This document shows positions 35,336 through 43,637 of a DNA stretch of 64,000 nucleotides, one piece after another. Made by a program: the position numbers and the translations under genes. The notes beneath the pieces were generated by a model, which saw nothing but the letters and a program-made list of their open reading frames with translations, searched no databases and was not told where the DNA came from. Source of the DNA: an uncultured Bacilli bacterium (GTDB lineage: Bacteria; Bacillota_I; Bacilli_A; RF39; UBA660); NCBI GenBank assembly GCA_944371995.1, contig CALVYD010000005.1:4844-68843 (forward strand). Direction: 5' to 3'. Numbering within the stretch: the first letter of the stretch is position 1; each line of letters opens with the position of its first letter.

Positions 35336-36454
35336 ATGATTATATTGTCAGAAACAATTATATTATCAGAGTTACCAAGGAGGCGTCAAAAAACAATTAG
35401 ATATGAACTTCTAAGGTTTAGTGATTTTGTAAAACATCCGGAATTAATAAATCATAGCAAATATAGTTCTATCTATATTGATGATGTTAATCTGTTTAAA
35501 GAAAATTTTGATTTATTTTTAAAAATGCTTTCTGCTAACTTTTTTAAACGGTTTTCTTGTCATGATTATGAGGGATTAAAGTTTATAGAAAATGAATTAA
35601 AGAATCAGGCCAATATCCAAGTAGGGTTAGTAGATGATTTTCAAAATAAAGATAGGTCTTACATCAATATCGATGAATTTGAAAAAACAGAACTGGTTAT
35701 TCCCATTGCTTATTCTTCATGGAATGTTCAGTCTTCTAATGATATTCCTATTGCATGTTATTATTCCAATCTTGGACATTATAGTCCATTTGGTATTATA
35801 GGATTTTCTAGGATTTCTAAAGAATTTTTATCAAAAGTAAATGAAATTATTTCAGAAATTAGTAATAACTGGGATAGTTATACTGAGTTAGATAAATTGA
35901 TATTGATTTCTAATTATCTGCAAGATAGAGTCCAATATGTAGATGAGAACAATTTATCTGAAGGAAAAAAAGGAATCTATATTACAGATTCAAATGGTAT
36001 TGATGTGAATTTTAATGTTCATAATCCAGAAGTAACTTTGTTGCAGCGGTTTGGTGTTTGTGAGGGTATTGCCAATGCTACTACCTTATTATTAAATAAT
36101 CCTACTATTAATATAAACGCACGTAGTGTATTTGGATCTAATCATGTGTGGAATGTTGTTGAGATTGATGGAAAATTTTATCAGGTTGATAATACTTGGT
36201 CCATTACCAGAAATGAAAGTCAATACCCGGAAAGTTTGAAAGCAAAAGATTTTACATCTGATTATTTGTTGTTGGGAAGTAAAAAAATGGCAGAGTTAGG
36301 ACATCACAATGCCGCAACAATTTTACCTCAACTTTCTGATGATGACTATCCAAGAGAAAAGATTAATGAAAGACAAAAAGTATTATCTAAACAAGTCCGA
36401 TTTCATGATTACTCACAACCAGTTTTTAAAAGTTATCTAAAAGTTAATAATTAG
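35336..36454 (+). CDS. Transglutaminase-like (papain-fold Cys-His-Asp) domain protein
   Basis: The spacing RFGVCEGIANATTLLLN..GSNHVWNVVEIDGKFYQVDNTW matches a transglutaminase core Cys..His..Asp. No signal peptide. Confidence 0.7.
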   Translation: MIILSETIILSELPRRRQKTIRYELLRFSDFVKHPELINHSKYSSIYIDDVNLFKENFDLFLKMLSANFFKRFSCHDYEGLKFIENELKNQANIQVGLVDDFQNKDRSYINIDEFEKTELVIPIAYSSWNVQSSNDIPIACYYSNLGHYSPFGIIGFSRISKEFLSKVNEIISEISNNWDSYTELDKLILISNYLQDRVQYVDENNLSEGKKGIYITDSNGIDVNFNVHNPEVTLLQRFGVCEGIANATTLLLNNPTININARSVFGSNHVWNVVEIDGKFYQVDNTWSITRNESQYPESLKAKDFTSDYLLLGSKKMAELGHHNAATILPQLSDDDYPREKINERQKVLSKQVRFHDYSQPVFKSYLKVNN

Positions 36455-36477
36455 AGGTATTTTCACCTCTTTTTTTG
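36453..36477 (+). terminator. Rho-independent terminator
   Basis: Stem agaggt / acctct with a 6-nt loop, then T7. Confidence 0.75.
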
Positions 36478-36501
36478 ATATAATTGTAAAGGGTGAAAAA
36501 T

Positions 36502-36998
36502 ATGAAAAAAGTAGTAAATGAATATGTATATGATTTAAAGATGTTAAAGAAGTTTTATAAAGTAAATCTACAAACCAATTTTTTTCTAGTATTATTAATA
36601 TTAGTACTATTATCTACTATTTCTTCTTTCTTAGAAAAAGATATTTCTTTTGGTATATTTAGTTTAGTAGTATTTTTACTAGGTTGTATTTATTATTTTT
36701 TCTTTCCAAACATTTTAGCAACCATGTCTTATCGTAGATTATTAACAAAAAATAATAACCAAGAGATGCATATTAAAGTAACAGTAAATGAAAAAGAAAT
36801 TATTGTTGAAAATAACTTATCAAAAGAAAAGGATAAATACTCTATAGAAGATGTAAAAAAAATAAGAGAAAAAAAGATGCCATTTGTTTATTGATGAAAG
36901 AAAAAGAGGGAATACTTCTTGCTAAAGAAGGATTTAAAACAGGAGACAAGGAAACATTATATACTGTTTTAAGTAGGGTAAAAATCGATGAAAAATAA
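36502..36998 (+). pseudogene. Two-TM YcxB-like membrane protein gene interrupted by a -1 frameshift at an A7 tract (frame-0 part ends 36894; -1 continuation to 36998)
   Basis: Frame 0 ends ..DVKKIREKKMPFVY*. A shift at A AAA AAG (36870-36876) gives ..IREKKDAICLLMKEKEGILLAKEGFKTGDKETLYTVLSRVKIDEK*, which resembles the usual C-terminus of this family. Confidence 0.6.
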
Positions 36999-37088
36999 GA
37001 AATGCAACCGATATTTTACAAAAAACAACTAAAAATCGATAGTACGCAACCGGTTAACATAGTATGATTTTAGCGAGGTGATGAAAAA

Positions 37089-38453
37089 GTGAAGTTTGGT
37101 GAAAACTTACAAAAATTAAGAAAAGAAAAAGGCATTTCTCAAGAGCAATTAGCAGAACAATTAGGAGTAACTAGACAATCTGTTTCCAAATGGGAGTCCG
37201 GTGCCAGCTATCCAGAAATGGATAAAATTGTAGCTCTTTGTAATATTTTTCATTGTGATATGAATGTATTAATTAATAAAGATATTACAGAAGAACGAGA
37301 AAGAAAAGATGCAACTGGTATTGTAAAAAATCTATTCCAAAGTGCAGCAAACTATGTAAAGAAGACAATTTACTTATTTGAACACAAAAGTTTTAAAGAT
37401 ATTGTAAAACTACTTGCTCAAGTAATTATCATTATCTGTGTCATATTATGTTTTTCCATTCCCTTTATGCTATTAAAGGAAATTGTTATTAGTTTATTCT
37501 ATACAGGTAATAACTGGTTTAGTATGTTTTTCTCTAAATTCTGGGAGTTTATCTTTAATGCCGGCTATGTTGTTTTAGCAATCGCTACTTTCCTTTATAT
37601 TTTTAAAATAAAATTCTTAGATGGAGAAGAAGTAGTAGAAATAATAGAAGAGGAAGAAGTACCATCCAAGGAAGAAAAAGATACTGGAAAACAACCAGAA
37701 CAAAAACAAAAAGTAAAAGTTGTAAAAGTAAAATCAAATGATTTTAGCTTACTAGACTTATTATCAAAAGCAATTACTATTTGCTTAAAAGGAATATTCT
37801 TATTATTTTTAATTCCAATTGTGATAGGAACTATTTTTGCGATTGTTGTCTTTGTACTATTGATTGCTGTAATGTTTCAAGGAGTATTTCTATTTGGGCC
37901 TATCTTATTGTTAATAGGAATTATTGTATTTTCGATTGTCATAATAGAAGTTATTTTGAATTTTATCTTTAATTTGAAGTTTAGTAAGAGAAGAATTATT
38001 ATTACTATTATTAGTTCTGTTGTTGTTAGTTCTATTGGAATTGGTTTATCTATTTGGTATTTTTTAAATCTTAATGTTATTGATGATGTTCCTAAAGGAT
38101 TTAAGTTAGAAACAGAAGAGAAAGTTTATACTATGAGTGATGATTTTTCGATTCACTATTATGATTATTATTATACTGATTTTGTTGAAGATGATAGTTT
38201 ACAAGATCAAGTACGTGTAAAGATTGAATTTTATCCAAATATTAATCATGTTCAATTGGAAGAAGTAAATGATGCGGTTTTCTTGGATTTTTATGAAGTA
38301 AATAGTATTTCTCTTAAAAAGATTACAAATTGTATTATAAATGATTTAAAGAATGGAGAAGTTCATAATTATAATGAACTTGGAAGGGTAAAGATGACAG
38401 TTACTTCTAGTAAAGAGAATTTAGAAAAAATTAATCAAGAATGGGATTATTAA
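37089..38453 (+). CDS. Polytopic membrane-bound XRE-family HTH regulator
   Basis: GTG start after gaggtga. HTH is LRKEKGISQEQLAEQLGVTRQSVSKWESG. Several TM segments and a C-terminal extracytoplasmic domain. Confidence 0.8.
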   Translation: MKFGENLQKLRKEKGISQEQLAEQLGVTRQSVSKWESGASYPEMDKIVALCNIFHCDMNVLINKDITEERERKDATGIVKNLFQSAANYVKKTIYLFEHKSFKDIVKLLAQVIIIICVILCFSIPFMLLKEIVISLFYTGNNWFSMFFSKFWEFIFNAGYVVLAIATFLYIFKIKFLDGEEVVEIIEEEEVPSKEEKDTGKQPEQKQKVKVVKVKSNDFSLLDLLSKAITICLKGIFLLFLIPIVIGTIFAIVVFVLLIAVMFQGVFLFGPILLLIGIIVFSIVIIEVILNFIFNLKFSKRRIIITIISSVVVSSIGIGLSIWYFLNLNVIDDVPKGFKLETEEKVYTMSDDFSIHYYDYYYTDFVEDDSLQDQVRVKIEFYPNINHVQLEEVNDAVFLDFYEVNSISLKKITNCIINDLKNGEVHNYNELGRVKMTVTSSKENLEKINQEWDY

Positions 38454-38480
38454 AAAGCTTTGATGAAAGCTTTTTTCTTT
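38452..38480 (+). terminator. Rho-independent terminator
   Basis: Stem aaaagctt / aagctttt with a 6-nt loop, then a T-run. Confidence 0.7.
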
Positions 38481-38481
38481 T

Positions 38482-38499
38482 GTGTTGCAATCGCAACAC
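38482..38499. promoter_or_regulatory. Perfect 7-4-7 inverted repeat upstream of thyA (candidate operator)
   Basis: GTGTTGC-aatc-GCAACAC. It lies ~20 nt upstream of an extended -10 (tggtatagt, 38518-38526). Confidence 0.35.
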
Positions 38500-38544
38500 T
38501 TTACTTTTTCTATTTCATGGTATAGTAAATTAGGAGGATATGAT

Positions 38545-39576
38545 ATGACAAATTTAGATATTGATTACATTAATACAAAATTATTAGAAAAGGGTGATAG
38601 ACCATTTAAATTGGTTGACTTAGAATATCCAGAAGTTAGAACGGATGGTCATCATTTATTGGATAAAGAGAATAATCCTGTTGGAACAAAAGGTGATATG
38701 TATGCGAAAGTAATGATGGATAAATTGCTTAGAGAAGGTTGCTATGATGAAAATCCCCGTCCTAAATATGAAACAGATGGAAAACCAGCGAATACATTAT
38801 CTTTAAATAATCCTGGTTTATTTACCTATGATATTTCTAAAGGAGAGTCTCCAATGATAACACTGCGACCTATTGCAGTAAAAAAGAGTATTGGTGAAGT
38901 TCTTTGGATTTATCAAGATGCTACTACAGATTTAGAGGTTTTAAAAAATAAATATGGTGTTACCTGGTGGGATGCCTGGGATTTAAAAGATGATAATGGC
39001 ATCTATTTACGTAATATTGGTTCTACGTATGGATCTATTATTTCTCATTATGAGCAGATGAAAAAACTGATCCAAGATTTAAAAGAAAATCCTGATGGTA
39101 GACGACATATTATTGATATGTGGCAGCTAGAAGATTTTAAGAAGCCACATGGATTGAAACCTTGTGCTTATTCTACGGTTTGGAATGTTAGACATGGTAG
39201 AGATGGTGTGGATTATTTGGATATGAAATTGATACAAAGATCTAGTGATTTCTTAGTTGCGGGATGTATCAATCAAATGCAATATCTATCTTTAATGCAA
39301 ATGGTAGCGCAAGCAACAGGATATCAACCAGGTACTTTTAGCTGGGACATTCAAAACGTACAGATATATGATAGACATATTGCTCAGGCAGTAGAACAGC
39401 TTAGAAGAGAACCTATTACTTGTTTTGATGGTGTCCATCCAGAACCTTATTTAGAATTAAATCCTGATATTCATGATTTTTATGATTTTACTTTGAATGA
39501 TATTTCTGTTAAGAACTATCCACGTCAATTAATTAAGACTAAAAATCCTCAACAAAAATTTGATAAAGGAATTTAG
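38545..39576 (+). CDS. thyA: Thymidylate synthase (Bacillus subtilis ThyA-type)
   Basis: ATG 38545 follows RBS aggagg. GEVLWIYQ, GRRHIIDMW, LKPCAYSTVW (catalytic Cys), IQRSSD and the C-terminal NPDIHDFYDFTLNDISVKNY parallel B. subtilis ThyA. Confidence 0.85.
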   Translation: MTNLDIDYINTKLLEKGDRPFKLVDLEYPEVRTDGHHLLDKENNPVGTKGDMYAKVMMDKLLREGCYDENPRPKYETDGKPANTLSLNNPGLFTYDISKGESPMITLRPIAVKKSIGEVLWIYQDATTDLEVLKNKYGVTWWDAWDLKDDNGIYLRNIGSTYGSIISHYEQMKKLIQDLKENPDGRRHIIDMWQLEDFKKPHGLKPCAYSTVWNVRHGRDGVDYLDMKLIQRSSDFLVAGCINQMQYLSLMQMVAQATGYQPGTFSWDIQNVQIYDRHIAQAVEQLRREPITCFDGVHPEPYLELNPDIHDFYDFTLNDISVKNYPRQLIKTKNPQQKFDKGI

Positions 39577-39578
39577 TT

Positions 39579-40064
39579 ATGAAAAATGTTACGATGATTG
39601 CAGCAGTTGGTAAGAATTTAGAATTAGGAAAAGATAATGATTTGATTTGGCGCTTTAAGGAGGATATATCTTTCTTTAGAAAACACACGATTCATAAACC
39701 TATTATTCTGGGAAGAAAAACATTAGATTCTTTACCAGGGTTATTACCAGAAAGACAACACATTGTTTTGACACGCAGTTTAGAACAATTTCCTGATTCT
39801 GTATTAGTGATGCATTCTATAGAAGAACTACTTCCTTATATTGAGCAACATGAAGAAGAGTTTATGGTCATCGGTGGAGCTAGTGTTTATCGGCAAATGT
39901 TGCCTTATGCTGATACGATGTTACTTACGGAAGTAGATGCAGAAAGTGATGCTGATGTTTATTTTCCTTCTTTTAAAGAAAAAGATTGGGATAGTACCAT
40001 TCTTAGTAAACAAGAAGAAAAGGGAATTTCTTATAAGCATTTAGTTTATACAAGAAAAAAATAA
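39579..40064 (+). CDS. folA: Dihydrofolate reductase
   Basis: MIAAVGKNLELGKDNDLIWR..D..FF...T..KPIILGRKT DHFR signature. Located directly after thyA. Confidence 0.9.
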   Translation: MKNVTMIAAVGKNLELGKDNDLIWRFKEDISFFRKHTIHKPIILGRKTLDSLPGLLPERQHIVLTRSLEQFPDSVLVMHSIEELLPYIEQHEEEFMVIGGASVYRQMLPYADTMLLTEVDAESDADVYFPSFKEKDWDSTILSKQEEKGISYKHLVYTRKK

Positions 40065-40085
40065 AGAGACTTCGGTCTCTTTTTA
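40063..40085. terminator. Bidirectional terminator between folA and rnhC
   Basis: Stem aaagagac / gtctcttt with a ttcg tetraloop, flanked by A- and T-runs. Confidence 0.8.
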
Positions 40086-40994
40086 GTATATCAACGTATG
40101 TAAGATTCTATCTGTGTTCTTAAAATTAACTTTGGCAATTTCTTTTAGTTTTTCTTCGCCATATTTTTCTACTACTTCTTCTCCAATTTCATCTACATCA
40201 CGTCCAGCACCTTTTGGTAGTGGAATATGAATAGAGTCACATAATTTATCAAACTCTTTTAAGAAGATATATCTACTTATGATGGACGCACTAGCAACTG
40301 CCAAGTTTTTATCCTCAGCTTTTGTCATAAAGGTAATGCCTCGTTGAATATTAGGAACACTATTTAAATATTCGTAATATCTATTTTCTCTAGCAAACTC
40401 ATCTACAACAATATAGTCAACCTCTGGTTTTTCTTCCGTCATCAACTGATATAATACTTTATTATGAAGAATTGCTTTTATTTTATTCATATTAATATCT
40501 TTAGTATATTTTTCATTATATTCTTGATTTGTCAAAATCATACTACGATACTTTACAATCTTAATTAACTCTGGAGTAATCTTCTTTATTTTTTCATCAG
40601 TAATCTTTTTAGAGTCTCCAACACCTAATTTTTCAAGACGTTCCACATCTTCTTTCTTTACATAAGCAGCAGTAACTACAATAGGACCAAAATAATCCCC
40701 GGTACCAACTTCATCAGATCCAACTGAAGAACAGTTATGATATTTTTCATCTTTCTTTTTTTGTTCTTCTTTTTTCTCTTTAGTATTATCTAAAACCGTT
40801 CCCCATAAAGCCGCATCTACATCAGCACTAGTCCCTTGAAACATTGCTTTTCCAGACTCATATAAGGTAATTACCGTATCTTCTTCTTGCGCTTGGAAAA
40901 TAGCATAAGGTATTTTTTTATCTCTTACTTTGTCTTTATAATATTCAATCATTTTTTGCTTTGTCTCTTCATTTACTTTAATAACGATATTCAT
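40083..40994 (-). CDS. rnhC: Ribonuclease HIII
   Basis: N-terminal TBP-like domain (..ITLYESGKAMFQGTSA..) and catalytic GSDEVGTGDYFGPIVVTAAYV. Confidence 0.88.
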   Translation of the reverse strand: MNIVIKVNEETKQKMIEYYKDKVRDKKIPYAIFQAQEEDTVITLYESGKAMFQGTSADVDAALWGTVLDNTKEKKEEQKKKDEKYHNCSSVGSDEVGTGDYFGPIVVTAAYVKKEDVERLEKLGVGDSKKITDEKIKKITPELIKIVKYRSMILTNQEYNEKYTKDINMNKIKAILHNKVLYQLMTEEKPEVDYIVVDEFARENRYYEYLNSVPNIQRGITFMTKAEDKNLAVASASIISRYIFLKEFDKLCDSIHIPLPKGAGRDVDEIGEEVVEKYGEEKLKEIAKVNFKNTDRILHTLIY

Positions 40995-41027
40995 GTTTCC
41001 ACCTCTAATTTATTGTATCAAATTACC

Positions 41028-42368
41028 TTAGGAAAGTCTATTTTTATTAGGGTAAGAAATTATTAAAAAAGTTTTTTTCTTTTGTAAGACATCATCACTT
41101 GTTTTAATAATTTCTTCTTGATATTCGTGCTCGACATATCTTTTCTTTTGAAAATGTTCCTCATCTTTATAAATAGTACCTGTTTTAGTTAAAGAAAAAG
41201 AATGTATCTTTTCTTCCTGCTTTAAAAATCTGGTTAATGCGATAAAACTTTCTACATAAAACTCTTTTATCTCTTCTTTAGTTTTTCCATCTTTAATATA
41301 AATAGGCCAGCTATAATAATCATAATAATAAGGCTGATATCTACCACGAAGCTTATCTTCATCTATAATATCACTTAATAGTTCTCTTTGTTCTACTTCT
41401 TCTAATTCATATAGCTTTTTCGTATCAATAGCAACAACATCATCTTTTACATGCTCTATCATCATAAATATACTAACAAAGTATGACTGATTTAATATTT
41501 CATCATAAGTACGTTCATAATATCCTCTTTGCTTTTTAGGAATGTCTTTATAACGATTAAGCTTATGGATGACAGATAGTTTTTCTTCTTCTGTAAATTT
41601 ATCACTAGAAAGTATTGCAAGAGTAAAATTATGATAGGGATTTTTTTCTAAGAAGTATTCTTTTGCTTTTGGATGAAATTTTTCTTTAGGTGTTTTCATA
41701 ATATAATCGGCTAAAAAATCTTTTCTTCCAAATTTGATATCCAAAGGATAAGGAAGATAATGCCCGTAACTACTTTCTTCTGAATAGGTAAAAATTTGAT
41801 CCATAATTTGCTCATAAACTGGTACTAATTCTGCTATTTTCTCTTTTGCTAAAGAAAGCGACTCTAAATAATTGAAACGATGATAGGAACAAATATAAAA
41901 GGGTAGTTGTTCATTATCAAAATATAAGACAGAAAGATATTCCAAGAAATTTTTATTTTTTGCTTGTTTTTGCCAAAAATTTAAAGAAAAAACAGCTTCT
42001 TGATCTAAAATTTGACTCGTATATGAATTATGTAATGGTTTGATAATTTTATCCATGACTGACTTTATAAATATCTCTTGTTCTTCTTCATCTAAATCAA
42101 TATTAACTTCTTCTATAATATAGTGAAGAAATTTTTCTTCCAGTGGAGTAACCATGACCTCTTGTTCTTCATAATCTTTTAATATTTTTTCAATAAATTC
42201 TTTTTTCTCTATCTCAATAAGACTCATTTTATTAAAAATAGAAGCTTCACCATACATATCTAGATATTTTGAAATACGACGAACAATTCCTAAAGCAATC
42301 ACTTCATTATTATTAAGATGTTCTTGAAAATTATTTAATTTCTGCATAATACTCGTTTTCATATTCAT
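41028..42368 (-). CDS. Cytoplasmic orphan protein (about 446 aa)
   Basis: An AAGGAG RBS inside the track ORF favours the Met at 42368 (MNMKTSIMQ..). No recognisable domain. Confidence 0.65.
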   Translation of the reverse strand: MNMKTSIMQKLNNFQEHLNNNEVIALGIVRRISKYLDMYGEASIFNKMSLIEIEKKEFIEKILKDYEEQEVMVTPLEEKFLHYIIEEVNIDLDEEEQEIFIKSVMDKIIKPLHNSYTSQILDQEAVFSLNFWQKQAKNKNFLEYLSVLYFDNEQLPFYICSYHRFNYLESLSLAKEKIAELVPVYEQIMDQIFTYSEESSYGHYLPYPLDIKFGRKDFLADYIMKTPKEKFHPKAKEYFLEKNPYHNFTLAILSSDKFTEEEKLSVIHKLNRYKDIPKKQRGYYERTYDEILNQSYFVSIFMMIEHVKDDVVAIDTKKLYELEEVEQRELLSDIIDEDKLRGRYQPYYYDYYSWPIYIKDGKTKEEIKEFYVESFIALTRFLKQEEKIHSFSLTKTGTIYKDEEHFQKKRYVEHEYQEEIIKTSDDVLQKKKTFLIISYPNKNRLS

Positions 42369-42471
42369 TTGACGCTCCTTAGACATTTTTATCTATCTTA
42401 TCATTTTTTTAAACAATTTTATAGAAATTTTTAGTCTTTTTTTCTATAATATATTATAAGGAGTTGAAGTT

Positions 42472-43194
42472 ATGACTATCAATATTTTAGATGTTGCAAT
42501 TATATTAATTTTGATAATGTTTGCCATTCTGGGATTTAAAAGAGGTGCCATTAAAGAAATTGTTTCTTTAGTTGGTATTATTGCTGTATTTGTTATTTCT
42601 TTTCTATTAAAAGGAGTAATAGGTAATCTGCTTTGTAAGTTTTTACCATTCTTTGATTTTGCAGGTAACTTACAAGGTGTAACAGTATTAAATATTTTAC
42701 TATACCAGCTAATTGCATTTATTATCATATATAGTTTCCTATTTAGTATTTATCTATTTATTGTTAAAATATCTAGTGGAATTCAAAAACTAGTACATAT
42801 GACAATTATCTTATGGCTTCCATCAAAAATCATTGGTGCACTGGTTGCCTTGATAACAGGATATGTAATCACTTTCGTAGTATTACTTGCATTATTGATA
42901 CCTTTAAAAGACACTAATATTTTTAAAGAAAGTAAAATAGCAAATTCTATTGTTTATAATAGTCCTATATTATCTTCAAGTTCTGAAGGAATTAGTAAAT
43001 CTATAAACGAAATTTATGAATTAGGTGAGGATTTGTCCAAAGGAGAAATTAGTAAAAATGAAGCAAACTTAGAAACTATGGATGTATTCTTAAAATATAA
43101 TATTGTAAGTCCTAAAACAGCACGACAATTAATTGCCTTAGATAAATTAAAAGATATTGACGGACTAGAAAAAGTAATAGAAAAATATGAATAA
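42472..43194 (+). CDS. cvpA: CvpA-family membrane protein
   Basis: INILDVAIILILIMFAILGFKRGAIKEIVSLVGIIAVF is a typical CvpA N-terminus. Four TM segments. Its position next to rnhC matches Bacillus yshB. Confidence 0.8.
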   Translation: MTINILDVAIILILIMFAILGFKRGAIKEIVSLVGIIAVFVISFLLKGVIGNLLCKFLPFFDFAGNLQGVTVLNILLYQLIAFIIIYSFLFSIYLFIVKISSGIQKLVHMTIILWLPSKIIGALVALITGYVITFVVLLALLIPLKDTNIFKESKIANSIVYNSPILSSSSEGISKSINEIYELGEDLSKGEISKNEANLETMDVFLKYNIVSPKTARQLIALDKLKDIDGLEKVIEKYE

Positions 43195-43250
43195 GTGATA
43201 AAAAGATATGATATGATAAATAATATATAAAGAAAGGAAGATAAAATAAT

Positions 43251-43547
43251 ATGAATTATATAAAAAATGAAGAAGAATTTAATGAGGTAATAAAGAAAGA
43301 TAAAGTAGTGATTGATTTTTATGCAGAATGGTGTGGACCATGTAAAATGTTAAGTCCAATATTAGATAAGGTTAGTAAAGAAATGAACTTAGATACTTAT
43401 AAAGTAAATGTAGATGAAGTAGAAGATGTTGCAAGACAATATGGAATTATGTCTATTCCTACAGTTATGATTTTTGAAAAAGGAAAGATGACAAAGAAAA
43501 ACGTAGGATTTATGGATGATGCAGAGTTAAGAGAGTTTGTAAAATAA
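43251..43547 (+). CDS. trxA: Thioredoxin
   Basis: WCGPCK active site in a 98-aa product. Confidence 0.93.
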   Translation: MNYIKNEEEFNEVIKKDKVVIDFYAEWCGPCKMLSPILDKVSKEMNLDTYKVNVDEVEDVARQYGIMSIPTVMIFEKGKMTKKNVGFMDDAELREFVK

Positions 43548-43637
43548 CTCTTTTTTCTTTTGTTAGAAAGAAAAAAACTCTTTGCTTTTAATTCAATTGT
43601 GTTATACTTAAAGTAAATAGAGAATAGGAGGCAATAA

